In this document: positions 15,227 to 25,026 of the stretch, piece after piece
Numbering within the stretch: position 1 is the first letter of the stretch
Layout of the letters: each line of letters starts with the position of its first letter
Origin: Muribaculaceae bacterium
Lineage (GTDB): Bacteria; Bacteroidota; Bacteroidia; Bacteroidales; Muribaculaceae
Direction: 5' to 3'
DNA length: 52,522 nucleotides
Assembly (NCBI GenBank): GCA_017390185.1
Contig: JAFPCM010000170.1
Coordinates: 1 to 52,522, forward strand
The notes under the pieces: generated by a model
Database searches by the model: none
What the model was told of the DNA's origin: nothing
What the model saw: only the letters and a program-made list of their open reading frames with translations
Made by a program: the position numbers and the translations under genes

Positions 15227-18200
15227 ATGAAAAAGAAATTTACTCGAGTATTAGTCTCGGCTTTAATGCTGAGCACTATGGCTGGCACATTGTTTGCCGC
15301 AAATCCTAAACGAGAGATGCGTTCAACATGGTTTACTACAGTTGAAAATATTGACTGGCCCACCAAACGAGGTACAAGCGCATCGGTTCAAGCTACTCAA
15401 AAACAAGAAATGTTGACCTTCCTTGACAAAATGGAGGAGATGAAGTTGACATCAACATGTTTGCAGGTGCGCTCAATGGGCGATGCTATGTATCCGTCGA
15501 AATATGCGCCTTGGTCATATTATTTGACAGGAACTCGTGGTGTTGACCCGGGCTGGGACCCATTGGCATATTTTGTCGAGGAAGCACATAAACGCGGTAT
15601 CGAAGCTTATGTGTGGCTTAACCCTTATCGTTGGTCAAGCGGAACACAATGGAGCACCGACATGGATAAGGCGTGGAAAGATGCTGATATGCTCATCACA
15701 GGTGACAATGGAACATATGTGACATACAACCCGGCATTGCCCGAAACTCGCCAAATGATTGTGAATGTTGTTAAGGAAATTTTGAACAACTATGCTATTG
15801 ACGGCGTGATTTTTGACGACTATTTCTATCCAAGTGGTGGTACTACAGAAGGTTCAAGTGCTCCGGATTATAGCCATTATAAAGCAAGCGGTACAACTAT
15901 GTCGATGGGAGACTGGCGTCGTCGCAATGTGAACGATATGGTTGCCGATGTATATAATGCGATTAAAGAATTGAAACCAGATGTTCGTTTTGGTATCTCA
16001 CCTGCAGGTGTGTCAAAGAACGGTGCATCTCGCTACGGAATTTCAACATCTCTCATCAGCAAAGCAAGCGACTGGCAATATGCACAAATTTATTCTGACC
16101 CATTAGCATGGCTTGAAGAAGGTACAGTTGACTTTGTGTCACCTCAGTTGTATTGGATAACTACACACTCAACCAATGGTTTCGGACCCTTGTCTCAATG
16201 GTGGAGCGATGTTGCTGCAACCTACTTTGACCGTCATTTCTATGCAAGTCATTCGGTTTCATTCTTGGCAAGTGCCGACACACAAGCCAACTGGACCGAA
16301 ATGGGTAAACAAATCAATTACAGCCGTCAATATACTAAAAACAATGCTCCCGGTAGTATCTACTTCAGTACCAAAAATGTTTATGGTCCCGGAGCAAAAG
16401 GTTTGGGTACATACTTGATTAACGACCAATACTCAACACCTGCGCTCGTTCCCGTAACTGAATGGAAATCGGGCTCGGTTTATGGTAAAGTTGCTGATTT
16501 GAAATATGAAAATGGTACATTGACATGGACTCCAACTGTTAACGGTAATGCAATTATTCGTTACACTGTGTATGCTATGCCCATGAACGTTACTATTGAT
16601 GACGCAAAGGCTGCCGATGGTGACGGATTTGATGTGAAATACTTGCAAAAAGTGGTATATGGCAATTCATTTGTATTACCTACTGAAGTTCAAGCAAACT
16701 ATTGGTATGTAGTATGCGTTTATGACGGATATGGTCGTGAACATGAAGCTACTATCGTAAACTATCCTGAAGGAGAGTCGGAAGTGGCTACTCTTGTATC
16801 TCCCGTTGACGGTGTTGTTGCAGCATGGGAACAACAATTCTCATGGAGCAATGTGAGCGATGCGACATATACTCTTGAAATATCAGATGTTGAGACGTTC
16901 TCAACAATCGTTTTGCAAGAAAAGAACCTTGATAAAAATGTAACAACAGTAGATCTTAGCGACTTGGAATCGGCTAAGACTTATTTCTGGCGAGTTCGCA
17001 CTTCACAAAAAGGCAAACTTGAATCAGTGAGCGAAGTTGAAACGTTTGTGACATCAACACGTGAGGCTGCACCTCAAGTTCAACTTGTGTCTCCCGAAAA
17101 CGGTGCAAAACTCGAAGAAGATGTGACATTTGTTTGGACTGCAGTCGAATGTGATGAATACACAATCGAAATGTCAGACAAACAAGATTTCTCAAATGTA
17201 CTTTACAAAAAGACTGTAACTGATGCAGTTCATCCCTTTACATTGTCAATTCTTGGCAAAGGAACATTCTATTGGCGAGTTAAAAGCTCGGGCAAGATTT
17301 TGACCGATACATATTCGGCTGTCAATAGCTTTGAGATCACAAAGATTACTGTAGGAAACTTCGAGGCAGGATATACAGTTAAGATTGACAAAGATAACGA
17401 CTCATACGAACAAAAGGGCAATGTAGCTATTAACAGCATTTGGTTCCGTTCGGTAGCTGACGATTACAAAAACATTCAGTTTGGTAGCGATGGCTCATTC
17501 AACCGCACATTCTGCGTTGTTGGTAACACAGTGTATATGTCGGGCCGATCTGAAAATTCATCTGGTGCTACTCCTTATTTGCGTAAGTTTGACGGTCAGA
17601 CAGGTGAAATTCTCGGTGATATCATTCTTGGCGACGAAGCAAAACTTGTATACTATCCTTGTAACCAAGTGATGAAAGATTCAAAAGGCAATATTTGCAT
17701 CGCTAACTTGTCGCTCAATATCAGCTCAACACCCGTTGTGGTGCATAAGGTGGACCTTGAAACAGGCGCTCTTACACAGATAGCATCGCTTACATATAGC
17801 GGAACAACTTCACGTTGTGACCATGTGACTTTGACAGGTGATGTTGAAGCAGGGAACTTCTCTATATATGGCGCATTTGCCAAGGCAAAAGTGGTTGTTC
17901 GTTGGAACTTTGAAAATGGCGTTGCAAAATCACAAGATGTTTGCTCGCTCGCCACTCTCTATCCCACAACCGCAACAGCATTGGGTACAGCGCCTCGCGT
18001 AATCGTTATCGATGAGAACTCATTCTTCGTAGTTGGCGGCGAAACTCAATTGGCACGTTATGACTTCTCAACAGGCAAAATGACCGATTCATTTACCAAT
18101 AATATGGATATGGAACCCGTTGCTAGCGAAGCAAATGGTGGTACTTGGTTTACAATGAACGGCACAAACTATATGGTATATCCCTATGCTGATTTCACAG

Positions 18201-18568
18201 ATGCGAATGGCCATCAATATAATGTCGTTAAAACCGATGAAAACCTCTCCTTCAAGTCAATGGAATTGATGTGGACTTTCCCCAAAAACGGTATGGGTGC
18301 AGTGAGCAGCACAACATTCCAAGCTGATGCCGACTATGTGAAAGTGGGCGAGGGTATGGTCCGATTCTATGTATTTGTTCCAGGCAATGGCTTGTGCGCT
18401 TATGAATTGGTTGACACAAGCGTTAGCGGACTTGAATCGGTAGTAGAAGGTGTTGCCACAGAAGTTGCTCGTTATGACCTTTCTGGCCGTTTGGTTGCCA
18501 ACCCCGTCAAAGGTATTAACATAGTGAAAATGAGTGACGGAACAGTCAAGAAAGTGATTGTGAAGTAA
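15227..18568 (+). CDS. GHL10-family multidomain protein with T9SS C-terminal sorting signal, paralogue 3 (1113 aa from the ATG)
   Basis: Same architecture as paralogue 1 and collinear along the full length. I use the ATG at 15227 (MKKKFTRVLVSALMLSTMAGTLFA) rather than the TTG at 15218. The C-terminus is ARYDLSGRLVANPVKGINIVKMSDGTVKKVIVK. Confidence 0.8.
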   Translation: MKKKFTRVLVSALMLSTMAGTLFAANPKREMRSTWFTTVENIDWPTKRGTSASVQATQKQEMLTFLDKMEEMKLTSTCLQVRSMGDAMYPSKYAPWSYYLTGTRGVDPGWDPLAYFVEEAHKRGIEAYVWLNPYRWSSGTQWSTDMDKAWKDADMLITGDNGTYVTYNPALPETRQMIVNVVKEILNNYAIDGVIFDDYFYPSGGTTEGSSAPDYSHYKASGTTMSMGDWRRRNVNDMVADVYNAIKELKPDVRFGISPAGVSKNGASRYGISTSLISKASDWQYAQIYSDPLAWLEEGTVDFVSPQLYWITTHSTNGFGPLSQWWSDVAATYFDRHFYASHSVSFLASADTQANWTEMGKQINYSRQYTKNNAPGSIYFSTKNVYGPGAKGLGTYLINDQYSTPALVPVTEWKSGSVYGKVADLKYENGTLTWTPTVNGNAIIRYTVYAMPMNVTIDDAKAADGDGFDVKYLQKVVYGNSFVLPTEVQANYWYVVCVYDGYGREHEATIVNYPEGESEVATLVSPVDGVVAAWEQQFSWSNVSDATYTLEISDVETFSTIVLQEKNLDKNVTTVDLSDLESAKTYFWRVRTSQKGKLESVSEVETFVTSTREAAPQVQLVSPENGAKLEEDVTFVWTAVECDEYTIEMSDKQDFSNVLYKKTVTDAVHPFTLSILGKGTFYWRVKSSGKILTDTYSAVNSFEITKITVGNFEAGYTVKIDKDNDSYEQKGNVAINSIWFRSVADDYKNIQFGSDGSFNRTFCVVGNTVYMSGRSENSSGATPYLRKFDGQTGEILGDIILGDEAKLVYYPCNQVMKDSKGNICIANLSLNISSTPVVVHKVDLETGALTQIASLTYSGTTSRCDHVTLTGDVEAGNFSIYGAFAKAKVVVRWNFENGVAKSQDVCSLATLYPTTATALGTAPRVIVIDENSFFVVGGETQLARYDFSTGKMTDSFTNNMDMEPVASEANGGTWFTMNGTNYMVYPYADFTDANGHQYNVVKTDENLSFKSMELMWTFPKNGMGAVSSTTFQADADYVKVGEGMVRFYVFVPGNGLCAYELVDTSVSGLESVVEGVATEVARYDLSGRLVANPVKGINIVKMSDGTVKKVIVK
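18452..18565 (+). other. T9SS C-terminal sorting signal (recognisable core) of paralogue 3
   Basis: YDLSGR...GINIV...DGTVKKVIVK, the same pattern as in paralogue 1. Confidence 0.6.
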
Positions 18569-18589
18569 TCAATTTTAACCTCAATAAGT

Positions 18590-18628
18590 GAAAGCGTGAG
18601 CCATTACGGCTTGCGCTTTCTTTATTTT
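18590..18628 (+). terminator. Intrinsic terminator after paralogue 3
   Basis: GAAAGCG-TGAGCC...GGCTTG-CGCTTTC hairpin followed by TTTATTTTG. Confidence 0.65.
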
Positions 18629-18664
18629 GTAGCGTTAAAAATCGGTTATTACATTGTTTTTTAG

Positions 18665-18672
18665 TATTTTTG
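18665..18672 (+). promoter_or_regulatory. -7 promoter box (TATTTTTG) for the PASTA-rluD operon
   Basis: Exact TAnnTTTG, 63 nt upstream of the ATG at 18735. Confidence 0.4.
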
Positions 18673-18734
18673 CATTATTATTGAGCAAAAGTGTGCTTAA
18701 ATGATGTTTAGTCAAAGAATTAGTAGAAGATTTC

Positions 18735-19325
18735 ATGAAAAAGATATTTGAGTTTTTAAAGAATCATCGCATTATTGCGAATTTATGTTATATCATTGTT
18801 GCGTCAATGCTCATCATTTGGGGTGCTTTGATTTGGCTTGATTTTTGGACCGGACATGGCGAAACTTGTGAGGTGCCCGATGTAAAGGGTATGACATTTG
18901 ACCAAGCGCGAAATACATTGGCTGAAGCAAGTTTGGCTGCCGTGTTGTCTGACTCTATTTTTACAAAAGAAGCAAAGCCTGGTCAAGTAGTTGACCAAGT
19001 GCCACATGCCGGTGCTACAGTTAAACCCGACAAGGCTGTTTATTTGACAATAAACGCTTTTGCCCGCAAGGCTGTGACTATGCCAAACTTTGATGGAATG
19101 CATCGTCGCCAAGTGATTTCGGTGCTTGAAAGCCTCGGCTTTACAAGTATCAGAGTTGTTGAGGTTGAACACGAATATAAAGACGAGGTTGTTAGTGTGA
19201 AGTATAATGGATTGCCCATCAGTAAAGGTATGAGAGTGCCTGTATCTGCTTCATTGACTATTGAGGTGGGCAAGGGTTATGATGTGGATTCCCTCGCAGT
19301 AAGTGATGACTTTGGTGGATATTAA
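18735..19325 (+). CDS. Membrane-anchored PASTA-domain protein
   Basis: N-terminal TM helix followed by two ~65-aa PASTA-like repeats (VPDVKGMTFDQARNTLAEASL..., MPNFDGMHRRQVISVLESLGF...). Confidence 0.7.
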   Translation: MKKIFEFLKNHRIIANLCYIIVASMLIIWGALIWLDFWTGHGETCEVPDVKGMTFDQARNTLAEASLAAVLSDSIFTKEAKPGQVVDQVPHAGATVKPDKAVYLTINAFARKAVTMPNFDGMHRRQVISVLESLGFTSIRVVEVEHEYKDEVVSVKYNGLPISKGMRVPVSASLTIEVGKGYDVDSLAVSDDFGGY

Positions 19326-19327
19326 TA

Positions 19328-20401
19328 ATGGATTCAGAATTAGAAAAAGATATATTTGACGCCGACGATGAGGAAATCCGTTTGGTTGACTCTGAGGTAG
19401 ATGGCACAGAAATGTATGAGCATTTCCGTTTCGTTGCCGATAAGGGTCAGACATTGTTGCGCGTAGACAAATTTTTAGTTGCGAGAATGGAAAAATCGTC
19501 TCGCAATCGCATTCAGCAAGCTGCCGAGGCAGGTTGTATACTTGTTAATGGAAAAGCGGTCAAATCAAATTATCGTGTAAAGCCACTTGATGTTGTGTCG
19601 ATAGTTATGGACCGACCACGCTATGAACTCGAAATTATTGCTGAAAATATTCCGCTTGAGATTGTGTATGAAGATGAACATTTGCTTGTGGTGAATAAGC
19701 CAGCAGGCCTTGTGGTTCATCCCGGTCATGGCAATTATCATGGAACATTGGTGAACGCGTTGGCCTATCATTTTAAAGATAATCCGGATTATGATGTAAA
19801 TGACCCACGCATGGGTTTGGTGCATCGTATTGATAAAGATACATCAGGTCTGTTGGTCGTTGCAAAAACTCCCAATGCCAAGACATCGTTGGGCAAGCAG
19901 TTCTTTGACAAAACCACCAAGCGCGAATATGTTGCCGTTGTGTGGGGCGTTCCTTCTCCTGAGATAGGACGCATTGAAGGTCATATTGGTCGTAGTTTGA
20001 AAGACCGCTTGCAAATGGCTGTATTCCCAGACGGCGATTATGGCAAACATGCAGTAACACATTATGAGGTGCTGGAATCATTGGGCTATGTATCGGTGGT
20101 TAAATGTCGCCTTGAAACAGGCCGTACTCATCAGATTCGTGTGCACATGAAACATATCGGTCACCCGTTGTTGGCCGATGCCAGATATGGTGGAGATGAG
20201 ATTTTGCGCGGAACAACAAGCGCTAAATATCGTCAATTTGTCAACAACTGTTTTGCTCTATGTCCCCGTCAGGCATTACATGCTCGCACCTTGGGATTTG
20301 TGCATCCTGAAACAGGTGAAGAAATGTTCTTTTCGGCCCCGGTGCCCGATGATATGACCGCTATGATTGACAAATGGCGCAATTATTTAGCAAACATTTA
20401 G
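19328..20401 (+). CDS. rluD: RluA-family 23S rRNA pseudouridine synthase (RluD-like) with S4 domain
   Basis: S4-like N-terminus (RVDKFLVARMEKSSRNRIQQ). Catalytic HRIDKDTSGLLVVAK and GRTHQIRVH motifs. Confidence 0.85.
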   Translation: MDSELEKDIFDADDEEIRLVDSEVDGTEMYEHFRFVADKGQTLLRVDKFLVARMEKSSRNRIQQAAEAGCILVNGKAVKSNYRVKPLDVVSIVMDRPRYELEIIAENIPLEIVYEDEHLLVVNKPAGLVVHPGHGNYHGTLVNALAYHFKDNPDYDVNDPRMGLVHRIDKDTSGLLVVAKTPNAKTSLGKQFFDKTTKREYVAVVWGVPSPEIGRIEGHIGRSLKDRLQMAVFPDGDYGKHAVTHYEVLESLGYVSVVKCRLETGRTHQIRVHMKHIGHPLLADARYGGDEILRGTTSAKYRQFVNNCFALCPRQALHARTLGFVHPETGEEMFFSAPVPDDMTAMIDKWRNYLANI

Positions 20402-20455
20402 ACTTAAAATTAATTAACATTAATGAGATAGAGCAATATTCTCGTAAAATTGTAT

Positions 20456-20463
20456 TATCTTTG
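20456..20463 (+). promoter_or_regulatory. -7 promoter box (TATCTTTG) for the acyltransferase gene
   Basis: Exact TAnnTTTG, 47 nt upstream of the ATG at 20510. Confidence 0.45.
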
Positions 20464-20509
20464 AAAAGTGGAATATATTCCATTTATTAGTCATAAAAAA
20501 GACATTATA

Positions 20510-21682
20510 ATGAATAAAGAGGAATTTAACGATATATGCCCGTATGACGATAGTCAGTTCAGTGAAAAATTAGCCCATTTGGTTAAAGAACCAGGTTTTG
20601 AAAAAGCTGTTCGTTATGCAATGCCCGATGTTAACTTCTATAAATTCTCAAAAGGACTACTTGGCGTGAACAGTCAAGATGCTTTTCAGTTGAGAATTAT
20701 CAAGCCTTTCTTGGAAAGTCTTGAAAAGAAAACTACAAAGGGTATCACTTCAAGCGGTTTTGAGAATCTTGATAAAGAACAATGTCATACATATATCAGT
20801 AATCACCGTGATATTGTGCTTGACGCATCTTTCTTGAATCTTTGTCTCATTCGCAACGGTTTCAATACTTGCGAAATTGCCATAGGTAGCAACTTGCTTA
20901 TTTTTGAGTGGATTGTCGATATGGTGAAACTTAACAAGAGTTTTATTGTTAAGCGCAATTTGCCCATGATGCAGGCTCTCAGAGCCGCAAAGCAATTGTC
21001 GGGTTATATCAACTATGTCATCAATTACAAGCATGAATCGGCTTGGATTGCACAACGTGAAGGTCGAGCCAAAGATTCAAATGACCGTACACAAGAGTCG
21101 TTGATTAAAATGCTTTCTCTCGAAGGTGAAGGCGGAAACTTGTTGGAAAATCTTATCAGCAAAAATCTTGCGCCTGTTTCAATCTCTTATGAGTATGACC
21201 CCAATGACTATTTGAAAGCTCGTGAATTTTTGTTGCGACAGCGTGATCCTGATTTCCAAAAATGCCAAAAAGATGACTTGGTGTCAATGGAAATAGGAAT
21301 CATGCAATATAAGGGCCATGTTCATTTCGCTGCAAGCAAGTGCATCACTCCCGAACTTGAAAAGTTGCGTGAACTTGATGACAAAAACGAAATCGTTCAG
21401 CAAGTATGTGCTATTATCGACCGCAATATTCACTTGGCATATAAGATTTATCCCATTAACTATATCGCTTATGATGAGATAGAAGGCGTCAGCCGTTTTA
21501 AATCGGAATATACCGAAGAACAAGCAGCTGAGGTTAATGCCTATATTGAAAAACAATTGGATAAAGTTGTCGATGTGCCTAACATTACAGAATCGGAACG
21601 CGCTTATATGCGTGAAATGATGCTCACGATGTATGCCAATCCGTTACGCAATAAATTGACAGCAGAACAGGTCAATAGATAA
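20510..21682 (+). CDS. PlsC-family acyltransferase (HX4D motif) with long C-terminal extension
   Basis: NHRDIVLD (HX4D) and AQREGRAKD blocks. I use the ATG at 20510 rather than the GTG at 20468, which overlaps the promoter and palindrome. Confidence 0.65.
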   Translation: MNKEEFNDICPYDDSQFSEKLAHLVKEPGFEKAVRYAMPDVNFYKFSKGLLGVNSQDAFQLRIIKPFLESLEKKTTKGITSSGFENLDKEQCHTYISNHRDIVLDASFLNLCLIRNGFNTCEIAIGSNLLIFEWIVDMVKLNKSFIVKRNLPMMQALRAAKQLSGYINYVINYKHESAWIAQREGRAKDSNDRTQESLIKMLSLEGEGGNLLENLISKNLAPVSISYEYDPNDYLKAREFLLRQRDPDFQKCQKDDLVSMEIGIMQYKGHVHFAASKCITPELEKLRELDDKNEIVQQVCAIIDRNIHLAYKIYPINYIAYDEIEGVSRFKSEYTEEQAAEVNAYIEKQLDKVVDVPNITESERAYMREMMLTMYANPLRNKLTAEQVNR

Positions 21683-21690
21683 ATGTCGGT

Positions 21691-22881
21691 ATGAGATTGC
21701 CCTTAATTACGATTTTGATTGTGCTTGCAATCAGTTTGGCGGTTGATTGGTATATATATTCGATATTAATAAAACGAAGAAAAAATAAAACATGTCAACG
21801 AGTGCATTTATATGTCTCGTTGGCATTATTTTTGGCTATAATCATAAGCGTGTCTTTACCTCGCCGTTCGGGTGGTGATGATGCGTTTATGAATATAATG
21901 TGGGCGCTATATGCCTATGCGACAATATTGGTTCCTAAAGTCGCCTTTGTGCTTATTGACCTAATAGGGACGATTCCCGTTTTATTACATAAGACGCGTC
22001 TCAAATTTGTAACATGGACAGGTGTCGCCATTGCGGTGACAATATTTTCTGCCATGTGGTGGGGCGCATTGGTCAATCGTTTTAATATAGATATTGTTGA
22101 GCAAGATGTTGAAATAACAGGATTGCCGCAAAGTTTTGACGGATACAAAATTGCAGTTATATCTGACCTGCATGTTGGCTCATATGATAAGGATACGACA
22201 TTTATAGCCCAATCTGTGGCTGAAATAAATGCATTGGACTGTGATTTGGCCGTTTTTACGGGTGATATAGTCAATCGCCGTTCCGATGAACTTGAACCGT
22301 TTGTGAGCGTTCTACGTGGCATTAATGCGAGCGATGGTGTGTGCTCGGTATTGGGTAACCATGATTATGGCGATTATGTTAATTGGGATAACGATTCTCA
22401 AAAATCGGCTAATCTTGAATATCTGAAAAAATTGCAAGCCGATATGAATTGGAATTTGTTGCTGAATGAAACTCAAATGGTTTATCGTGGTAATGATTCG
22501 ATAGCAATTATCGGAGTTGAAAATTGGGGGGATCCTCCGTTTTCGGTATATGGCGATTTGAAGGCGGCTTATCCAGCATTATCAGACAATACGGTTAAGG
22601 TTTTGTTGTCGCATAATCCTGCACACTGGGTTGCTGAGGTTGCTGATAATGATAGTTGTAATGTGGCGTTGACAATCTCGGGACACACTCATGCTATGCA
22701 GGTGTCAATGTGTGGCATCTCTCCCGCATCATTACGTTATAAAACATGGGGAGGAAGATATGATGATAAATCAAAAACACACATATTGTATGTAAATATC
22801 GGGCTTGGTACTGTGGCGATTCCTACTCGCATAGGGGCGACGCCCGAAATTACGCAGTTAACTTTACGCACAAAGAGATAA
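21691..22881 (+). CDS. Membrane-anchored metallophosphoesterase (calcineurin-like)
   Basis: Four N-terminal TM helices, then ISDLHVG, GDIVN, GNHDY and GHTH motifs. Confidence 0.8.
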   Translation: MRLPLITILIVLAISLAVDWYIYSILIKRRKNKTCQRVHLYVSLALFLAIIISVSLPRRSGGDDAFMNIMWALYAYATILVPKVAFVLIDLIGTIPVLLHKTRLKFVTWTGVAIAVTIFSAMWWGALVNRFNIDIVEQDVEITGLPQSFDGYKIAVISDLHVGSYDKDTTFIAQSVAEINALDCDLAVFTGDIVNRRSDELEPFVSVLRGINASDGVCSVLGNHDYGDYVNWDNDSQKSANLEYLKKLQADMNWNLLLNETQMVYRGNDSIAIIGVENWGDPPFSVYGDLKAAYPALSDNTVKVLLSHNPAHWVAEVADNDSCNVALTISGHTHAMQVSMCGISPASLRYKTWGGRYDDKSKTHILYVNIGLGTVAIPTRIGATPEITQLTLRTKR

Positions 22882-22887
22882 GTCACA

Positions 22888-25026
22888 ATGGCTATTGATA
22901 TAATAAGCATTATTGCCCAAGAATTAAATTTGCAACGTCAACAGGTTTCTGCTACTGTCAAGTTGCTTGATGAGGGTGCTACAATTCCGTTTATCAGTCG
23001 TTATCGCAAAGAAGTTACAGGTTCGCTTGATGAGGTTGCAATTTTCAATATTCAATCTCGTCATAATTCTTTGCTCGAACTTGAAAAACGTAAAGCCTAT
23101 ATTCTTGAAACTATTGAGGAACAAGGTAAATTGTCCGAAGAACTGCGCCAGAAAATCAATAAAACTATTGATTTGGCCATTTTGGAAGATTTATATGTTC
23201 CATTTAAGCCTAAGCGTCGCACGCGTGCTGCAATAGCCCGTGAACGAGGACTTGAGCCTTTGGCAAAGATTATTATGGCACAAAACTCGACTGACATTGA
23301 TCGTCAGGCCTCGAGATTCATTACTGAAGATGTAGCAACAGCAGATGACGCTATAGCTGGGGCTCAAGATATTATAGCCGAGTGGGTTAGCGAAAACGAG
23401 AAGGTGCGAGCAATGGTGCGTAATCGATATAAGCAGACCGCTGTAATTTCCTCATCTGCTGTTAAAGGGAGGGAAGATGAAGCCCAAAATTATCAGAACT
23501 ATTTTGATTTTACAGAGCCGTTGAGTCGCTGCTCGTCACATCGTTATTTGGCTATTCGTAGAGGCGAGAGCGAGGGCCTGTTGCGCGTTTCGGTGTCAAT
23601 TGATGATGCCCAAATGATTGATAGGTTAAATAAATTCGTAGTTAAGCAAACGGCATCGTCTCAATCAGCCCAATTGGTTACTGAAGCTGTCAAAGACGGA
23701 TATAAACGACTTGTTAAACCTTCGATCGAGACCGAGGTATCAGCGATGTCAAAAGAAAAAGCAGATGATGTGGCTATATCAATGTTTGCCGACAATTTGC
23801 GACAATTGTTATTTGCACCGCCGTTAGGTCATAAACGTGTAATGGGTATTGACCCCGGTTATCGTACAGGCTGTAAAGTGGTGTGTCTTGACGCCCAAGG
23901 AAATCTGTTGCACAATGATGTGATTTATCCATGTGCGCCCACAAATGATTTTAAAGGCTCTGCACGCAAGATTAATTATCTTGTTGAAGCATATAAGGTT
24001 GATGCAATTGCAGTCGGTAACGGCACGGCATCGCGTGAAACGGAAAAATTCTTAACCTCGTTGCGATATACTCGTGATGTGCAGGTGTTTGTTGTGAGCG
24101 AAAATGGGGCATCAATTTATTCTGCTTCAAAAATTGCACGCGAAGAGTTCCCTGACAAAGATGTAACTGTTCGTGGTGCTGTATCTATTGGCCGCCGTTT
24201 GATTGACCCGTTGGCCGAGTTGGTGAAAATTGACCCTAAATCAATAGGAGTGGGTCAGTATCAGCACGATGTGGACCAAAACAAACTTAAAGAAGCCCTT
24301 GATTTTACCGTAATGAGTTGTGTAAACACTGTTGGTGTAAATGTAAACACTGCTTCGCGTCAGTTGTTGTCGTATGTATCGGGTATTGGTCCGCAATTAG
24401 CCGGAAATATCGTTGAATATCGTGCCGAGAATGGTGACTTTACTTCTCGCCGTCAACTGCTAAAAGTGCCTCGTATGGGCGAAAAGGCTTTTCAGCAATG
24501 TGCGGGTTTCTTGAGAATTCCCGGTGCTGAAAATATATTGGATAATACGGCTGTTCACCCCGAAAGTTATGGCGTTATTGAAAGTATTGCGCGCGACAAC
24601 AAATGTGGCGTTGATGCGTTGATTGCCGATAAATCATTGCTTAAAAGCATCGATTTGTGCCGCTATGTTACTGATAAAGTCGGTCTGCCTACGCTTAACG
24701 ACATAATGACAGAACTTGAAAAGCCCGGTCGCGACCCGCGTTCGGTTGTTGAGGTGTTGCAGTTTGATGAGCGTGTAAAGACGATTGATGATTTGGTGTC
24801 TGGAATGGAATTAAATGGTATCGTTAATAATATCACGGCTTTTGGCGCGTTTGTTGATGTCGGTATCAAGCAGAGCGGTCTTGTGCACATATCGCAATTG
24901 TCAGATCATTTTATATCATCGCCTCTTGATGTGGTGAAATTGCATCAGCATGTGAAGGTAAAAGTTCTTGAAGTAGATAATGTGAGAGGTCGAGTATCTT
25001 TAACTATGAAAGGGTTATCGAAATGA
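22888..25026 (+). CDS. tex: Tex-like transcription accessory protein (YqgF, HhH and S1 domains)
   Basis: 712 aa. N-terminal ATIPFISRYRKEVTG, central GIDPGYRTGCK (YqgF/RuvC-like), C-terminal S1 domain (GIVNNITAFGAFVDVG...GLVHISQL). Confidence 0.9.
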   Translation: MAIDIISIIAQELNLQRQQVSATVKLLDEGATIPFISRYRKEVTGSLDEVAIFNIQSRHNSLLELEKRKAYILETIEEQGKLSEELRQKINKTIDLAILEDLYVPFKPKRRTRAAIARERGLEPLAKIIMAQNSTDIDRQASRFITEDVATADDAIAGAQDIIAEWVSENEKVRAMVRNRYKQTAVISSSAVKGREDEAQNYQNYFDFTEPLSRCSSHRYLAIRRGESEGLLRVSVSIDDAQMIDRLNKFVVKQTASSQSAQLVTEAVKDGYKRLVKPSIETEVSAMSKEKADDVAISMFADNLRQLLFAPPLGHKRVMGIDPGYRTGCKVVCLDAQGNLLHNDVIYPCAPTNDFKGSARKINYLVEAYKVDAIAVGNGTASRETEKFLTSLRYTRDVQVFVVSENGASIYSASKIAREEFPDKDVTVRGAVSIGRRLIDPLAELVKIDPKSIGVGQYQHDVDQNKLKEALDFTVMSCVNTVGVNVNTASRQLLSYVSGIGPQLAGNIVEYRAENGDFTSRRQLLKVPRMGEKAFQQCAGFLRIPGAENILDNTAVHPESYGVIESIARDNKCGVDALIADKSLLKSIDLCRYVTDKVGLPTLNDIMTELEKPGRDPRSVVEVLQFDERVKTIDDLVSGMELNGIVNNITAFGAFVDVGIKQSGLVHISQLSDHFISSPLDVVKLHQHVKVKVLEVDNVRGRVSLTMKGLSK

